A stretch of DNA of 34,385 nt, from positions 3,062-37,446 of the forward strand of contig JACVXW010000007.1 in the NCBI GenBank assembly GCA_015661135.1. Direction: 5' to 3'. The stretch's first letter is position 1. Every line of letters begins with the position of its first letter. The notes under the pieces were generated by a model that saw only the letters and a program-made list of their open reading frames with translations, was not told the DNA's origin and did not search any database. Origin of the DNA: Chloroflexota bacterium. Lineage in GTDB: Bacteria; Chloroflexota; Limnocylindria; Limnocylindrales; CSP1-4. Positions 1 to 9,668 of the stretch are shown here, piece by piece. Made by a program: the position numbers and the translations under genes.

Positions 1-1822
1 GGAGGACCGCCGCGAGCACGAGAATCATCCAGAAGTCCATGCGGTCGAACCGCCCACCGCCCTCGCCGGCGAGGGTGGCGGTTCGATCGGGGCGGATCGG
101 CCGCTCATTCAACCGGGCCCGAATCCAGCCGATGAACCCGAGCTCGTCCGACGACGGCCGCGCACCCCAGACCGGCTGGAGCCGTGGTGACGCCGAGAGG
201 TCGCCGATCGGCTCCGCCAGCGGTTCGCCCAGCGCTGCGGTCGGCTCCCGATCGGATGAGGCCAGAATCGTGGTCTGCGCGCTGGTCACGGGCGCACCGG
301 CCGTCGCCGGCCTCGCGCCGTCCTGGCCCGGGCCGTCGTTGCCGGCCCCGTCATCCCATGCGGCGTCGCCGGCCCCGTCGTCGTCGCGGCGGCTCGCTTC
401 GATCTCCCGGGCCAGCCGCTCGCTCGCCGACCGCCGGAGCTCGGTCAGCGCGAACAGGAAGATCCCGGCCTGGATCGACGCCGCCACGGCCACGCCGGTC
501 CAGGAGCCGACCGCCGGTCCGATCCCCAGCCAGTCGTCGATTCCCGGGTTGTTCGGATACAGTGTGGTCAGGACGAAGTACATGTTGGCGAGGGTCGCCG
601 CGCTCGAGGCGACATAGGCGATCGTCCAGCGGATCGACACCGCTGCGAGGATCGCGCCGAGGATGGCCAGCGGGAACAGGTAGCGCTCGTGGACACGCGT
701 CGGGACCACGAAGAAGGCGATTGCCAGCACCGTGAGGCCCACGAGCATCGTCCGGCGGTCCGGGCGGCGCGCGACGAATACGCTGACCGCGATGAACACC
801 ACCAGCGTCAGCAGCGTGCCAACGACGACGGCCGGGACCGCGCCGAACGCGAACGCGTCCGGGCAGTTGTAGAACGAGATGCCCTTCGGCACGACCATGT
901 CGCAGACCCAGGTGCCGCTCTGGGCGATCCCGCCGCCCTTGAAGGTCACCAGCGCCCAGGGGTTCCAGGCGTTCACCGACAGGTATGGATAGCCGCCGGC
1001 GGTCTTGAAGATCTGCTCGACCAGGCCGGGCAATGACAGCCCGAAGGGCAGTGACATGACGATTGCGGTCGTGAAGCCGGCCAGGCCCGTGGTAATGATG
1101 CGGACGGGCCCGCGCACCCCGTCCTCCCAGCCAGTCGTCGTCCGTCGCCGCGCCGGGGGCGCTTCCTCGCCGTGGCCGCCCTCGGGCCAGAATGCACGCC
1201 GGATCGTGACCGCGGCCACGATCGGGACGAGGATCCCGAGCTGTGGCTTGATGATCGCCCCAATAACGGTCAGGATCGCCGCGCGCTCGGGCCGGTCCCG
1301 CCACAGCTCCCGCAGGCCGAGCAGCAGGAAGATCACGCCGAACGCATCCACCTGGCCCCAGATGGCGCTGTCCAGCCAGGTGATCGGATTGACGGCCACG
1401 AGGAGCGCGCCGAGCCGGGCCGCCCAGCGCCCGGCGCCGAGTTCCCGGGCCATGGACCAGACGAGCCCGGCCAGGACGACGTCGGCCACCATCGGCGGGA
1501 CCTTGATCAGGTCGCCGACGCCGCCGAAGACCTTGCCGACCATCCCGACGGCCCACAGGACGTACAGGTATCCGGGGGTGTAGTCGTGGAGGAAGTCCCG
1601 CCCGTAGAACCCGTTGAGGCCCTCGGTGGCGAGGTTGGAAGCCCAGAACTGGAAGGCGGCGATGTCGTTGGCGAAGCCGGAACCGGGCAGGAGGTATGCG
1701 ATGATGACGCGGAAGGTGAGGGCCAGCGCGAGGAGGATCAGGATGCCGCCGACGTCGTCCCGCGCCTTGGCGCGCGTCTCGGCTCCGCCCCGCACGGGCT
1801 CACCCGATACGGGGCCTGTCAA
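1..1822 (-). CDS. Polytopic GT-C-fold, lipid-carrier-dependent glycosyltransferase (mannosyltransferase-like); 3' end runs off the window
   Basis: Absent from the ORF track because it has no stop in the window. Manual translation from TTG 1822 (AGGAGG 9 nt upstream) gives LLALALTFRVIIAYLLPGSGFANDIAAFQFW..DYTPGYLYVLW..DSAIWGQVD..IKPQ..PTRVHERYLFP, motifs typical of GT-C membrane glycosyltransferases, with many TM segments. Confidence 0.8.
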   Translation of the reverse strand, partial: MTGPVSGEPVRGGAETRAKARDDVGGILILLALALTFRVIIAYLLPGSGFANDIAAFQFWASNLATEGLNGFYGRDFLHDYTPGYLYVLWAVGMVGKVFGGVGDLIKVPPMVADVVLAGLVWSMARELGAGRWAARLGALLVAVNPITWLDSAIWGQVDAFGVIFLLLGLRELWRDRPERAAILTVIGAIIKPQLGILVPIVAAVTIRRAFWPEGGHGEEAPPARRRTTTGWEDGVRGPVRIITTGLAGFTTAIVMSLPFGLSLPGLVEQIFKTAGGYPYLSVNAWNPWALVTFKGGGIAQSGTWVCDMVVPKGISFYNCPDAFAFGAVPAVVVGTLLTLVVFIAVSVFVARRPDRRTMLVGLTVLAIAFFVVPTRVHERYLFPLAILGAILAAVSIRWTIAYVASSAATLANMYFVLTTLYPNNPGIDDWLGIGPAVGSWTGVAVAASIQAGIFLFALTELRRSASERLAREIEASRRDDDGAGDAAWDDGAGNDGPGQDGARPATAGAPVTSAQTTILASSDREPTAALGEPLAEPIGDLSASPRLQPVWGARPSSDELGFIGWIRARLNERPIRPDRTATLAGEGGGRFDRMDFWMILVLAAVL

Positions 1823-1851
1823 CCGGATCGGCCTCCTGCACGAGCGTTGAG

Positions 1852-3354
1852 GTGGCGGGCAGCGTAGCACAGGGTCGGGGCTCCGCCGGCCCCGTCCGAT
1901 CCGGATCGCACTGGCTTGACCTCCTCCCTTCCGGGTTCATCGGAGCCGCGCTCGTGGCCCTCGCGTTGGCGGCCTACTGGCTGCCCGGGTCCCTGCGCTA
2001 CTACAACCACTTCGTCTGGCAGGCCCTCGCGTTTCTCGACGGCCAAGCGGCGATCGTGTGCCCGGTTGCGTGTGACCGATGGTTCCAGGACGTGTACCCG
2101 CTGCGGGATGCCGCCGGCAACCTGACGGGTCAGGTCCTCCTTCCGTTCCCTCCCCTGCCGGCGATCGTCCTGCTGCCGTTCGTCGCGCTCTGGGGCATCG
2201 CCACGGATCAGCGGGCTGTCTCGGTCGTGCTGGGCGCCGTGAACGTCGGCCTGTGCTGGTGGGCGCTCGGACGGCTGCCGGTCGGACGGGCCCCGCGGCT
2301 CGCGACCACGATCTTCTTCGGCTTCGGGACGGTTGCCTGGTACGCGGCCAGCCTCGGGACCACCTGGTTCTTCGCCCATGTCGTGGCCGTGACCCCGCTC
2401 CTGCTCGCGCTGGGCGTCGCCCTCGGGGGCGATCGGAGGTTCGCCCGCGATGCCGAGCCGGCCGCGGCGGATGCCCAGGAGGATGCTGATCCGGCGCCCG
2501 TCATCATGGTGATGGGCGCGGCCATCCGCACGTCCGTCCGGGAGGTGGCGGACGGTCTTCGGGCCCCGCTCGCCTTCATCGATCGGCGGCAGTTCCTGGC
2601 GGGATTGCTGTTCGGCATGGCCGCCACGGCGCGCCTGACGATCGTCTTCGGGGCGCCGTTCTTCATGCTCGTTGGCAGCGGTGGCTCGCTGGCCCGGCGG
2701 TCCGTCTCGGCCGGCCTCGGGGCGATCATTCCCGTCGGCCTGCTGCTCGCCTACAACCTGGCGACCACCGGGGAGGTCTTCCATCCGGGCTACGAGTACC
2801 AGTATCAATTGGAGGCGCACGGCTACGCGGCCCTCGGCTACAACCCGGATTGGGCTATCGAGGACATCCGCTACCTGCCCCAGAACCTGGGGATCCTGTT
2901 CCTGTCCGCACCGACGATCCTCCCGGCCAACGCGACAGGCGTCTTCGGCGACAGCGGCGCCGCTCTGTGCGCCGCGGCAGGCGCAGCGCGGGGCGTGTTT
3001 GACCCGACCTGCCCCATTGCCGTGCCGAAGGCGATCGGCATGAGCATCATCCTCACGAGCCCGGCCTTCCTGTTGGTCATCCCGGCCCTCGGCCGTCTCC
3101 GCCGTTCGCGGCTGGTGGCCGGCGCGGCGATGGCAGTGACTGCGATCGCCGTCGTCAACCTGATGCACTTCAGTCAGGGCTGGGTCCAGTTTGGCTACCG
3201 GTTCAGCAACGACTTCGTCGTGTTCGCCCTGCCGCTGGTTGCGCTCGGGATGGCCCGGCGGGGCGGCGTTGGGCTGCTGGCGGCCTGGCTCGTTGGCCTG
3301 TCCTTGGCCATCAACTTCTGGGGCATGACGTGGGGCAACGTCCTCGGATGGTGA
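1852..3354 (+). CDS. Polytopic membrane protein, probable GT-C-fold glycosyltransferase
   Basis: 500 aa with about 10 hydrophobic segments and PFPPLPA, TWFFAHV and QFGYRFSNDF motifs; glycosyltransferase neighbours. Start codon uncertain. Confidence 0.65.
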   Translation: MAGSVAQGRGSAGPVRSGSHWLDLLPSGFIGAALVALALAAYWLPGSLRYYNHFVWQALAFLDGQAAIVCPVACDRWFQDVYPLRDAAGNLTGQVLLPFPPLPAIVLLPFVALWGIATDQRAVSVVLGAVNVGLCWWALGRLPVGRAPRLATTIFFGFGTVAWYAASLGTTWFFAHVVAVTPLLLALGVALGGDRRFARDAEPAAADAQEDADPAPVIMVMGAAIRTSVREVADGLRAPLAFIDRRQFLAGLLFGMAATARLTIVFGAPFFMLVGSGGSLARRSVSAGLGAIIPVGLLLAYNLATTGEVFHPGYEYQYQLEAHGYAALGYNPDWAIEDIRYLPQNLGILFLSAPTILPANATGVFGDSGAALCAAAGAARGVFDPTCPIAVPKAIGMSIILTSPAFLLVIPALGRLRRSRLVAGAAMAVTAIAVVNLMHFSQGWVQFGYRFSNDFVVFALPLVALGMARRGGVGLLAAWLVGLSLAINFWGMTWGNVLGW

Positions 3355-4796
3355 TCGCGCCGGTCTCGGTACGGGATCGCGCGATGGCGCTCCCCGCCGA
3401 GTTCCAGACGGTCGCGCCGATCCTGGGCACCGCCCACCCCACCGGCTACCCCACGTACGTGATCCTTGGCTTCGTCGCCAACTTCCTGCTCACACCCCTG
3501 GGAGAGCCGGCCTTCCGGATGAACGTGTTCTCGCTCCTGTGTGTTGCGTTCGCGGCCGCGGTCACGATGCGGCTGGTCCTCCGGCTGACGGGATCGGTGG
3601 CCGTCGGCATGGCGGCCGGGGTGGGACTCACCACGACACCCGTCGCCTGGAACCTGGCAACGCACGCGGACCCGCACACCCTCCATCTGGCGCTCGTGGC
3701 GGTCCTGTTCGCCGCGCTGGTCCGCTGGGAACACGCCCGGCGAGATGGACAGGCAATGGCCGATCGCTGGCTGATCCTCGCGGCAGGGATCTTCGGCCTG
3801 TCGGCCGCAAACCACTCCCTGACCCTCCTCCTGGCCGTGCCGGTCGGGCTGTACGTGCTCAGCGTGCAGCCCGGCGTGATCGTCCGTCCACGGCTCTTCG
3901 GAGTGTGCCTCCTTGCCCTCATCGGCGCGCTCGTCGTCCCGTACCTGGAACTGCCCCTGCGCGCCGCCGATGGACCGTTCAAGGCGGCACTCGTCTACGG
4001 CAGGCCGGACACCTGGGACGGCTTCTGGTCCATCGCCCTGGCGGAGCAGTTCCGCGGCTCCCTGGCGGATCCGCTCGGCGATCTGCCGCGCAAGGTCGGG
4101 GAGCTCGGGGGGCTCGCTGCGGCCCAGTTCGGTCTCCTCGCAGCGCTCATTCCGGTTGGCTTCCTGGCGACCGTCGTTCGCCACCCGCGGTTCGCCCTGC
4201 TCACGGGCACCGCCATGCTGGTCACCGTCCTCTTCAACGCCTCGTACTCCAACGCGGACATCGGGCGCTACTACCTTGGGCCGGTCCTCTGGACATGGGC
4301 CTGGCTCGGGATCCTCGCCGGGATCGTGGTCGAGCAGGTCGGCAGCGAGCGCCGCCGCGTGGGTTCCGCGAGGGCCGTCACGGCGACCGTCCTCGCGGGG
4401 GCGCTGCTCCTTCCGGCGGCCGTGGACTTTGGGGCGCGGTCGGCCGCGGCGGACCGGAGCGGCGACACCTCGGCTCGAGCATGGGTGACGGCCGCGCTGG
4501 CCGGGATGGAGGAGGATGCGGTGGTCGTCAGCTGGTGGGGCCTGTCCACCGTACTCTGGTATGCGCGGCACGTGGACGGCCTGCGGCCCGATCTGACGAT
4601 CATCGACGACCGCACGCGTCTTGACCTCGGCTACGGAGAAGCAACAGACGTGATCGCCCGATTCCTCGGAACCCGGCCCGTGTACGTCATCCGCGCCAAC
4701 GATGCTGACCTGGCCCTCGTCGAGGCCCGGTACGTCCTCATGTCGATCTCGAACGAGCCGGCGCCGGACGTCTACCGCGTTGTTCGAGAACGCTAG
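3348..4796 (+). CDS. DUF2723 (TMEM260-like) membrane glycosyltransferase; N-terminal helix apparently missing
   Basis: EFQTVAPILGTAHPTGYPTY, FRMN and ANH motifs match DUF2723 proteins. The ATG overlaps the end of the upstream gene. Confidence 0.75.
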   Translation: MVIAPVSVRDRAMALPAEFQTVAPILGTAHPTGYPTYVILGFVANFLLTPLGEPAFRMNVFSLLCVAFAAAVTMRLVLRLTGSVAVGMAAGVGLTTTPVAWNLATHADPHTLHLALVAVLFAALVRWEHARRDGQAMADRWLILAAGIFGLSAANHSLTLLLAVPVGLYVLSVQPGVIVRPRLFGVCLLALIGALVVPYLELPLRAADGPFKAALVYGRPDTWDGFWSIALAEQFRGSLADPLGDLPRKVGELGGLAAAQFGLLAALIPVGFLATVVRHPRFALLTGTAMLVTVLFNASYSNADIGRYYLGPVLWTWAWLGILAGIVVEQVGSERRRVGSARAVTATVLAGALLLPAAVDFGARSAAADRSGDTSARAWVTAALAGMEEDAVVVSWWGLSTVLWYARHVDGLRPDLTIIDDRTRLDLGYGEATDVIARFLGTRPVYVIRANDADLALVEARYVLMSISNEPAPDVYRVVRER

Positions 4797-5596
4797 TGGG
4801 ACATTCGACGGCCTCCGCAGGGACGGAATCTGGCGCGCCGGCGCCGCCGCTCGTCCCGGCGCTGTCCTGCTTCTTTCCGGCCCACAACGAGGAGGCCAAC
4901 CTGCGTGGGCTCGTGGAGGAGGCGCTGGTGACCCTGCCCGCGATCGCCGAGGTCTTCGAAATCGTCATCGTCGACGACGGCTCACGGGACTCGACCTCTC
5001 GGCTCGCGGATGAGCTGGCCGCCGCCAATCCTCGCGTTCGCGCCGTCCACCACGAGGTGAACCGCGGCTACGGCGCCGCCCTGCGGACCGGCTTCGCGTC
5101 GGCGCGCCACGACCTGATCGCGTTCACGGACGGCGATCGCCAGTTCCGCGTTGCCGACCTGGCGCGCCTCACGACCCGGCTCGCGGCCGGGGACGCAGAC
5201 GCCGTGGTCGGGTTCCGGATCAAACGGGCGGACCCGCCTGTGCGGACCCTGTACGCCCGCGTCTACCGCCTCGCCAACCGGATCTTCTTCGGCCTGCGCG
5301 TCACGGACGTCGACTGTGCCTGCAAGCTGATCCGGCGCGGGGCCCTCCGTGGAATCAGCGTCGAATCGAGCGGGGCCTTCTTCTCGGCCGAGCTCCTGAT
5401 CAAGCTGCTGGCCTCCGGACGCCGGGTCGTCGAGGTGGGCGTGCCCCACTATCCCCGCACCGCCGGCAGCGCGACCGGGGCGAAACCACAGGTCGTCCTT
5501 CGCGCGGTCCGCGACTTCTGGCTGCTTCGGCTGCGCCTGTGGGCCGCGCCCGGCCGCGCCCTCGCGCGGGGCGAACCGATCCTGCCGGAGGCCTGA
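4796..5596 (+). CDS. Family 2 glycosyltransferase (polyprenol-phosphate sugar synthase-like)
   Basis: FPAHNEE, VDDGSRD, NRGYGAA, TDGDRQF (DxD-type) and DVDCACKL motifs. The GTG start overlaps the upstream TAG. Confidence 0.9.
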   Translation: MGHSTASAGTESGAPAPPLVPALSCFFPAHNEEANLRGLVEEALVTLPAIAEVFEIVIVDDGSRDSTSRLADELAAANPRVRAVHHEVNRGYGAALRTGFASARHDLIAFTDGDRQFRVADLARLTTRLAAGDADAVVGFRIKRADPPVRTLYARVYRLANRIFFGLRVTDVDCACKLIRRGALRGISVESSGAFFSAELLIKLLASGRRVVEVGVPHYPRTAGSATGAKPQVVLRAVRDFWLLRLRLWAAPGRALARGEPILPEA

Positions 5597-5625
5597 CGCG
5601 CGACGGTCAGAAGGACCCGCGCCGG

Positions 5626-6231
5626 TCAGCCAGGCCGACGCCCCGAGCTTCCGCCTGAGCTCCCGCCGGACCCGGGATCCTGTTCGAGCGAGTTGACGAA
5701 CTCGCGGAACATGTCCAATCGTTCGTCCACCACGGCTTCGCCGAGCGTCTCGAGGGGCACGTCCTGGCCCTTCGAGACGGCGCCTCCCGGGTCTGCCGCC
5801 TCGGCCCGCTCGTCAGCGCCCGGATCGGCGCCGAGTGCCGCCAGGTCGAGGACTTCCTCGGCCACGAGGATCCGGGCGTCGGCGCGGACGGCAAGGGCCA
5901 CGCAGTCCGACGGCCGGGCGTCGAGCTCAATTTCCTCGCCGTCCACCGCCAGGATCAACCGGGCGTGATAGGTCTCCTCGGCGAGTGCGGAGATGACCAC
6001 CCGTTCAACCCGGGCGCGGAGCCGCTCGAGCGCGGCGAGGAACAGGTCGTGAGTAAGGGGGCGCTCGGCCGCCAGCCCCTGGAGCTTCATGGCGATCGCG
6101 CTCGCCTCCCACTGACCGATCCAGATCGGAAGGTAGCGATCGCCAACGACGTCCTTGAGGATCACGACATGTCGGCTCGAGAGCATGTGGACACGGACGC
6201 TCTCGACCTGCATCTCGATCAGGCGGCCCAT
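5626..6231 (-). CDS. Bifunctional nuclease family protein (DUF151)
   Basis: LPIWIGQWEA, RPLTHDL and DARPSDCVALA motifs, with a C-terminal FREFVNSL. Confidence 0.9.
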   Translation of the reverse strand: MGRLIEMQVESVRVHMLSSRHVVILKDVVGDRYLPIWIGQWEASAIAMKLQGLAAERPLTHDLFLAALERLRARVERVVISALAEETYHARLILAVDGEEIELDARPSDCVALAVRADARILVAEEVLDLAALGADPGADERAEAADPGGAVSKGQDVPLETLGEAVVDERLDMFREFVNSLEQDPGSGGSSGGSSGRRPG

Positions 6232-6271
6232 GGGCGGATTATCCCATCGCCTGCACCGTCAGGACGGACCA

Positions 6272-6997
6272 TCAGGACGGCCGGAGCCACCAACCAGCGG
6301 TGGGCGGCGATGCGCGCCGGGTCAGCCTGACCAGCAGGCCGGCCACGAGACCGGCCACGAACCCGCCGATGTGGGCGAAGAATGCCACCCCGCCGTGCGC
6401 TGCCACCGCGCCGAGCGAAGCCGCGCCATCGAGGAGCTGGAGGAGGAACCAGTAGCCGAGGACGATGAGCGCGGGCACTTCGATCAGCTGGTAGAAGAAC
6501 CCCAGAAAGACGAAGGTCAGGATCCGGGCCCGCGGGTACAGCACGATGTACGCGCCGAGCGTGGCCGCGATCGCGCCCGACGCTCCGATCAGCGGGATTT
6601 CCGAGGCCGGATCCACCCAGACCTGGGCGAGTGTCGCGGCCAGGCCGCCGAGGAGGTAGAAGCCCAGGAACGGCAGGCGACCGAGCCGGTCCTCGATGTT
6701 GTTGCCGAAGATCCACAGGAACAGCAGGTTGCCCACGATGTGCCACCAGCCACCGTGCAGGAACATGCTGGCGAATGCGCCGGTGGCCGCGCCGCCCAGG
6801 TCGCCGGAGCCGGCCAGGGCTGCCGAGATCCGGGCCGGCACAGCGCCCCATGTCTTGAAGAACTGTCCGAGCGCCTCCGCACCGCCCGACGCCTCGATCG
6901 CAAGTTCCAACCCGAAGACGGCGACGCAGGCGCCGATCAGCCCGAGCGTCACGACCGGCCGTCGGCGCGTGGGGTTCGCGTCGCGGAGCGGAATCAC
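6272..6997 (-). CDS. Rhomboid family intramembrane serine protease
   Basis: HGGWWHIVGN, catalytic GASG and AHIGG motifs; MIPLRD N-terminus. GTGA overlap with the upstream gene. Confidence 0.92.
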   Translation of the reverse strand: MIPLRDANPTRRRPVVTLGLIGACVAVFGLELAIEASGGAEALGQFFKTWGAVPARISAALAGSGDLGGAATGAFASMFLHGGWWHIVGNLLFLWIFGNNIEDRLGRLPFLGFYLLGGLAATLAQVWVDPASEIPLIGASGAIAATLGAYIVLYPRARILTFVFLGFFYQLIEVPALIVLGYWFLLQLLDGAASLGAVAAHGGVAFFAHIGGFVAGLVAGLLVRLTRRASPPTAGWWLRPS

Positions 6998-9255
6998 GGG
7001 GTGGTCGTCGCGGCCGCCGAATTCTCAGGGGAGGCGGCGCCGGACGGCACGGGCGTGGTGCTGCCCGGGCCGCTGGTGGCGGCCTCCAGGACCGCCTTGC
7101 GAATCGCGGTCGCGGTGATCCAGACGATCGTGTCCGGCGCGTCGGCAATGCCCGGCTCAACGTACCAGCCGCGGGCATCGGCCCAGTCAACGGCGCCGCC
7201 GGCGAGGCGGTATTGCTCCACGAAGTCGCCGCTCGCCTTGATGAATGCCGCCAGCCGCTCATTTGCCGGGTCATAGCCGTAGATCCGGCCTTCGCGGCGC
7301 ACGGTCCCCGACGTCACGCACGTGTACGAGGCGGCATCCCGGAGAATCGCGTCGGGCAGCGCCGCTGCCGTCCAGCCCGCGGTCGTCCCGGCAACGACGC
7401 GCAGGATCTCGCCCCCGTCGGCGACCCAGATGTCGCCGTCGATGAAGAGGCAGGTGACCTCGTCCACGGGTCGCGGGGTCGTCAGGCGCTTCGCCGGCGC
7501 TGCCGGAAAGCCGCTGCCGTCGGCAGCCGGTGCATAGGCGAGGATCTCCTGCTCGGAGGGATCAACGATGTACAGGTTGTACAGGCCCGCCCCGATATCG
7601 CGGAGGTAGGTGCCGATCGCGCGGAGGTCGTCGCCCCACTCCGCAGAACCGGTGACCTTGACCTTGGTCGTTGTGCCGCGGCCCGTGTCATCCGCCGGGC
7701 GCCAACGCCACAGCACGTTCTTGACGTCAAGGACGAGGAGGTCCGGGCCGCCCACGGCGATGAAGACGGGCGCAGCCTCTGTGGTCCCGGCGGCACGGGT
7801 GCCGTCCCGGAAGATCGCGACCGCCGCGCGTTCGGCCAGGTTGATCCGATAGACGCTGGCGGTCTTCGGATCCAGGACGTAGGGCGCCCCATCGGGGCCA
7901 CGGATCAGCGCCGCCAGGTCCACGCCGGCATCAAGCGGAAAGGTGAAGACGTCCGTCGGGCTGACGTCGACCATGCCGAACAACCGGTCCAGCGCGGCGA
8001 TCGCCTGGTCTCGGAGCGGCACCGTTGTCGCCTTGGCGATGCCGGATTCCTCGGCGAGGTCCAGTTGGGCGAGCGTGTCGGTGAGGAGTCGCTCGGCGGT
8101 CGCCGGCTCGCTCGCAACCAGATCCACGCCCGGCCCGCGGACCCGGTCGAGGTTCGAGCGGGCCTGTTCCAGAGCCAGCTGGCCGACCTCGACCGACGCG
8201 ATCACCGCGCCTGGCGAGGGCCGCCCGTCGAGGAGGGATGCCGCGAGGCCCAGGGACCCGGCGACGGCGACGAGTACCAGGATCGCCACGGCGGCCCGCT
8301 GCTGGGTCTCGCGACGGGCGCTCATCGGGGTGATCCGGCGAGGCCCTGGGGACCGGCTCGGCAGGGCGTCCTGTAGCCGGCCGATCGTCCGGCCGAGGAT
8401 TCCGCCGGCGGCCCGGCGAGCCCGCAGGGCCCCGGCCTGGGCCGCGGCGACGCCGCCGCTGACGGTGTCTGCGAGCGGGATCGGTGAACGGTCCGGCGCC
8501 CCGGCCAGGGGTTCCGCCGGCCGGACGGGCACGAGCGTTCGATTGGCGCGCGTTGCCGAGACCTCGGCTGCCTCCAGGATGATCCCGCCATCGCTGCCGG
8601 TGCCGCCGGCCTCGATGAATCGGCGGTGCAGGTGCTCCATCGCCGGTTGGGGATGGAGGGTGACGAGGGCGTCCTTCAGAGCCTCCGCGCCCAGCCGCGC
8701 AAGGAGGTTGGGTGACACGAGCGCAAGCTGGTCGCCCACCGCGATCTCGCCGCGCCAGACGTCGGGCTCCAGGTCCGGGGTCGGCAGGCCGCGTTCGCGA
8801 TGGGGATCCGGGAGGGTGGACAGGCGAGCGCCGCGGCTGAGGTACGCCTCGGCCGGGCCCACCGTCGCGACATACAGCTCGTGGTCCCGCACGACGGCAA
8901 TGCCGACGCCGATCGGGGCCGCGCCTGAAACGGAGCCGCCAGGCCCGGCGAGACCGGCGCGCTCGCGCGCGTGGCCAAGGCGCTTGTTGGCGGCGAGGAT
9001 CGCCTTGACGAGGCAGACCCGGATGCCGGCCGATTCGTCGTAGTAGTACTCGTGGCGGATGGCGTCGGCGACGAGGCGGGTGGCTTCCCGGGATCGCGGG
9101 CCCGGCACGGTCGATGTCACGAGGAGGTAGAGCTGGCCCTTGGATCGAGCCCGCGAGCCGACCGTCGGCTCCACGACCACGACCGTATCCGGCGAGTCGG
9201 CGAGGCGATCTTGATCGGCGACAGCGCCGAGCTTCATCTGGAGCCGGAGGGCCAT
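6994..9255 (-). CDS. Single-pass membrane protein: degenerate PP2C-like N-terminal domain, TM helix, probable beta-propeller ectodomain
   Basis: N-terminal pattern AILAANKRL, LYVATVGPAEAYLSR, GDQLALVSPNL resembles PP2C motifs without the Asp residues. TM segment AAVAILVLVAVAGSLGLAASLL. C-terminal strands such as PYVLDP, LLVLD, LYIVDP, IWVADG, IYGYDP. Confidence 0.7.
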   Translation of the reverse strand: MALRLQMKLGAVADQDRLADSPDTVVVVEPTVGSRARSKGQLYLLVTSTVPGPRSREATRLVADAIRHEYYYDESAGIRVCLVKAILAANKRLGHARERAGLAGPGGSVSGAAPIGVGIAVVRDHELYVATVGPAEAYLSRGARLSTLPDPHRERGLPTPDLEPDVWRGEIAVGDQLALVSPNLLARLGAEALKDALVTLHPQPAMEHLHRRFIEAGGTGSDGGIILEAAEVSATRANRTLVPVRPAEPLAGAPDRSPIPLADTVSGGVAAAQAGALRARRAAGGILGRTIGRLQDALPSRSPGPRRITPMSARRETQQRAAVAILVLVAVAGSLGLAASLLDGRPSPGAVIASVEVGQLALEQARSNLDRVRGPGVDLVASEPATAERLLTDTLAQLDLAEESGIAKATTVPLRDQAIAALDRLFGMVDVSPTDVFTFPLDAGVDLAALIRGPDGAPYVLDPKTASVYRINLAERAAVAIFRDGTRAAGTTEAAPVFIAVGGPDLLVLDVKNVLWRWRPADDTGRGTTTKVKVTGSAEWGDDLRAIGTYLRDIGAGLYNLYIVDPSEQEILAYAPAADGSGFPAAPAKRLTTPRPVDEVTCLFIDGDIWVADGGEILRVVAGTTAGWTAAALPDAILRDAASYTCVTSGTVRREGRIYGYDPANERLAAFIKASGDFVEQYRLAGGAVDWADARGWYVEPGIADAPDTIVWITATAIRKAVLEAATSGPGSTTPVPSGAASPENSAAATTTP

Positions 9256-9320
9256 GCAAGCCTCTGCCAGGTCTGGGCGGGGTGGCCGGGGCCGGGATTA
9301 TCGCACGAGGGCCGGGGGGT

Positions 9321-9668
9321 TCAGCCCCCCGGAGACGAACCCCGGAAGCGAATCGTGACGCGGATCTCGGTGACGCTCGCGCCGGCCGGGGATGCCCGGA
9401 ACGCGTCCGCCAGTTGGCGGCTGTGGAGTCGCAGCTCCTGAGCCACGATCGGGGCGTCCGCCTCCACGAGCAGAACCGAGCCCTCGATCCGTGTGGCCCG
9501 GCAGGCACCGTGGGCGGCCGGGGCCCGCTCCGCGACGATCGCGTCGAACGTGGCGACGGCGCGAGCCCGGCGGAGCTCGTCGGCCAGGCCCAGGCGAGCC
9601 GCCGCGTCCGGGATCAGGTCGCCGATCCGGGACATCGGGCCGCGCCGGCGTCGGGGCTCCTCGGTCAC
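9321..9668 (-). CDS. dciA: DUF721/DciA-family protein
   Basis: MSRIGDLI..LGL..GSVLLVEADAPIVAQELRL pattern; lies directly after recF, as in the actinobacterial dnaA-dnaN-recF-DUF721 order; GTGA overlap. Confidence 0.75.
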   Translation of the reverse strand: MTEEPRRRRGPMSRIGDLIPDAAARLGLADELRRARAVATFDAIVAERAPAAHGACRATRIEGSVLLVEADAPIVAQELRLHSRQLADAFRASPAGASVTEIRVTIRFRGSSPGG

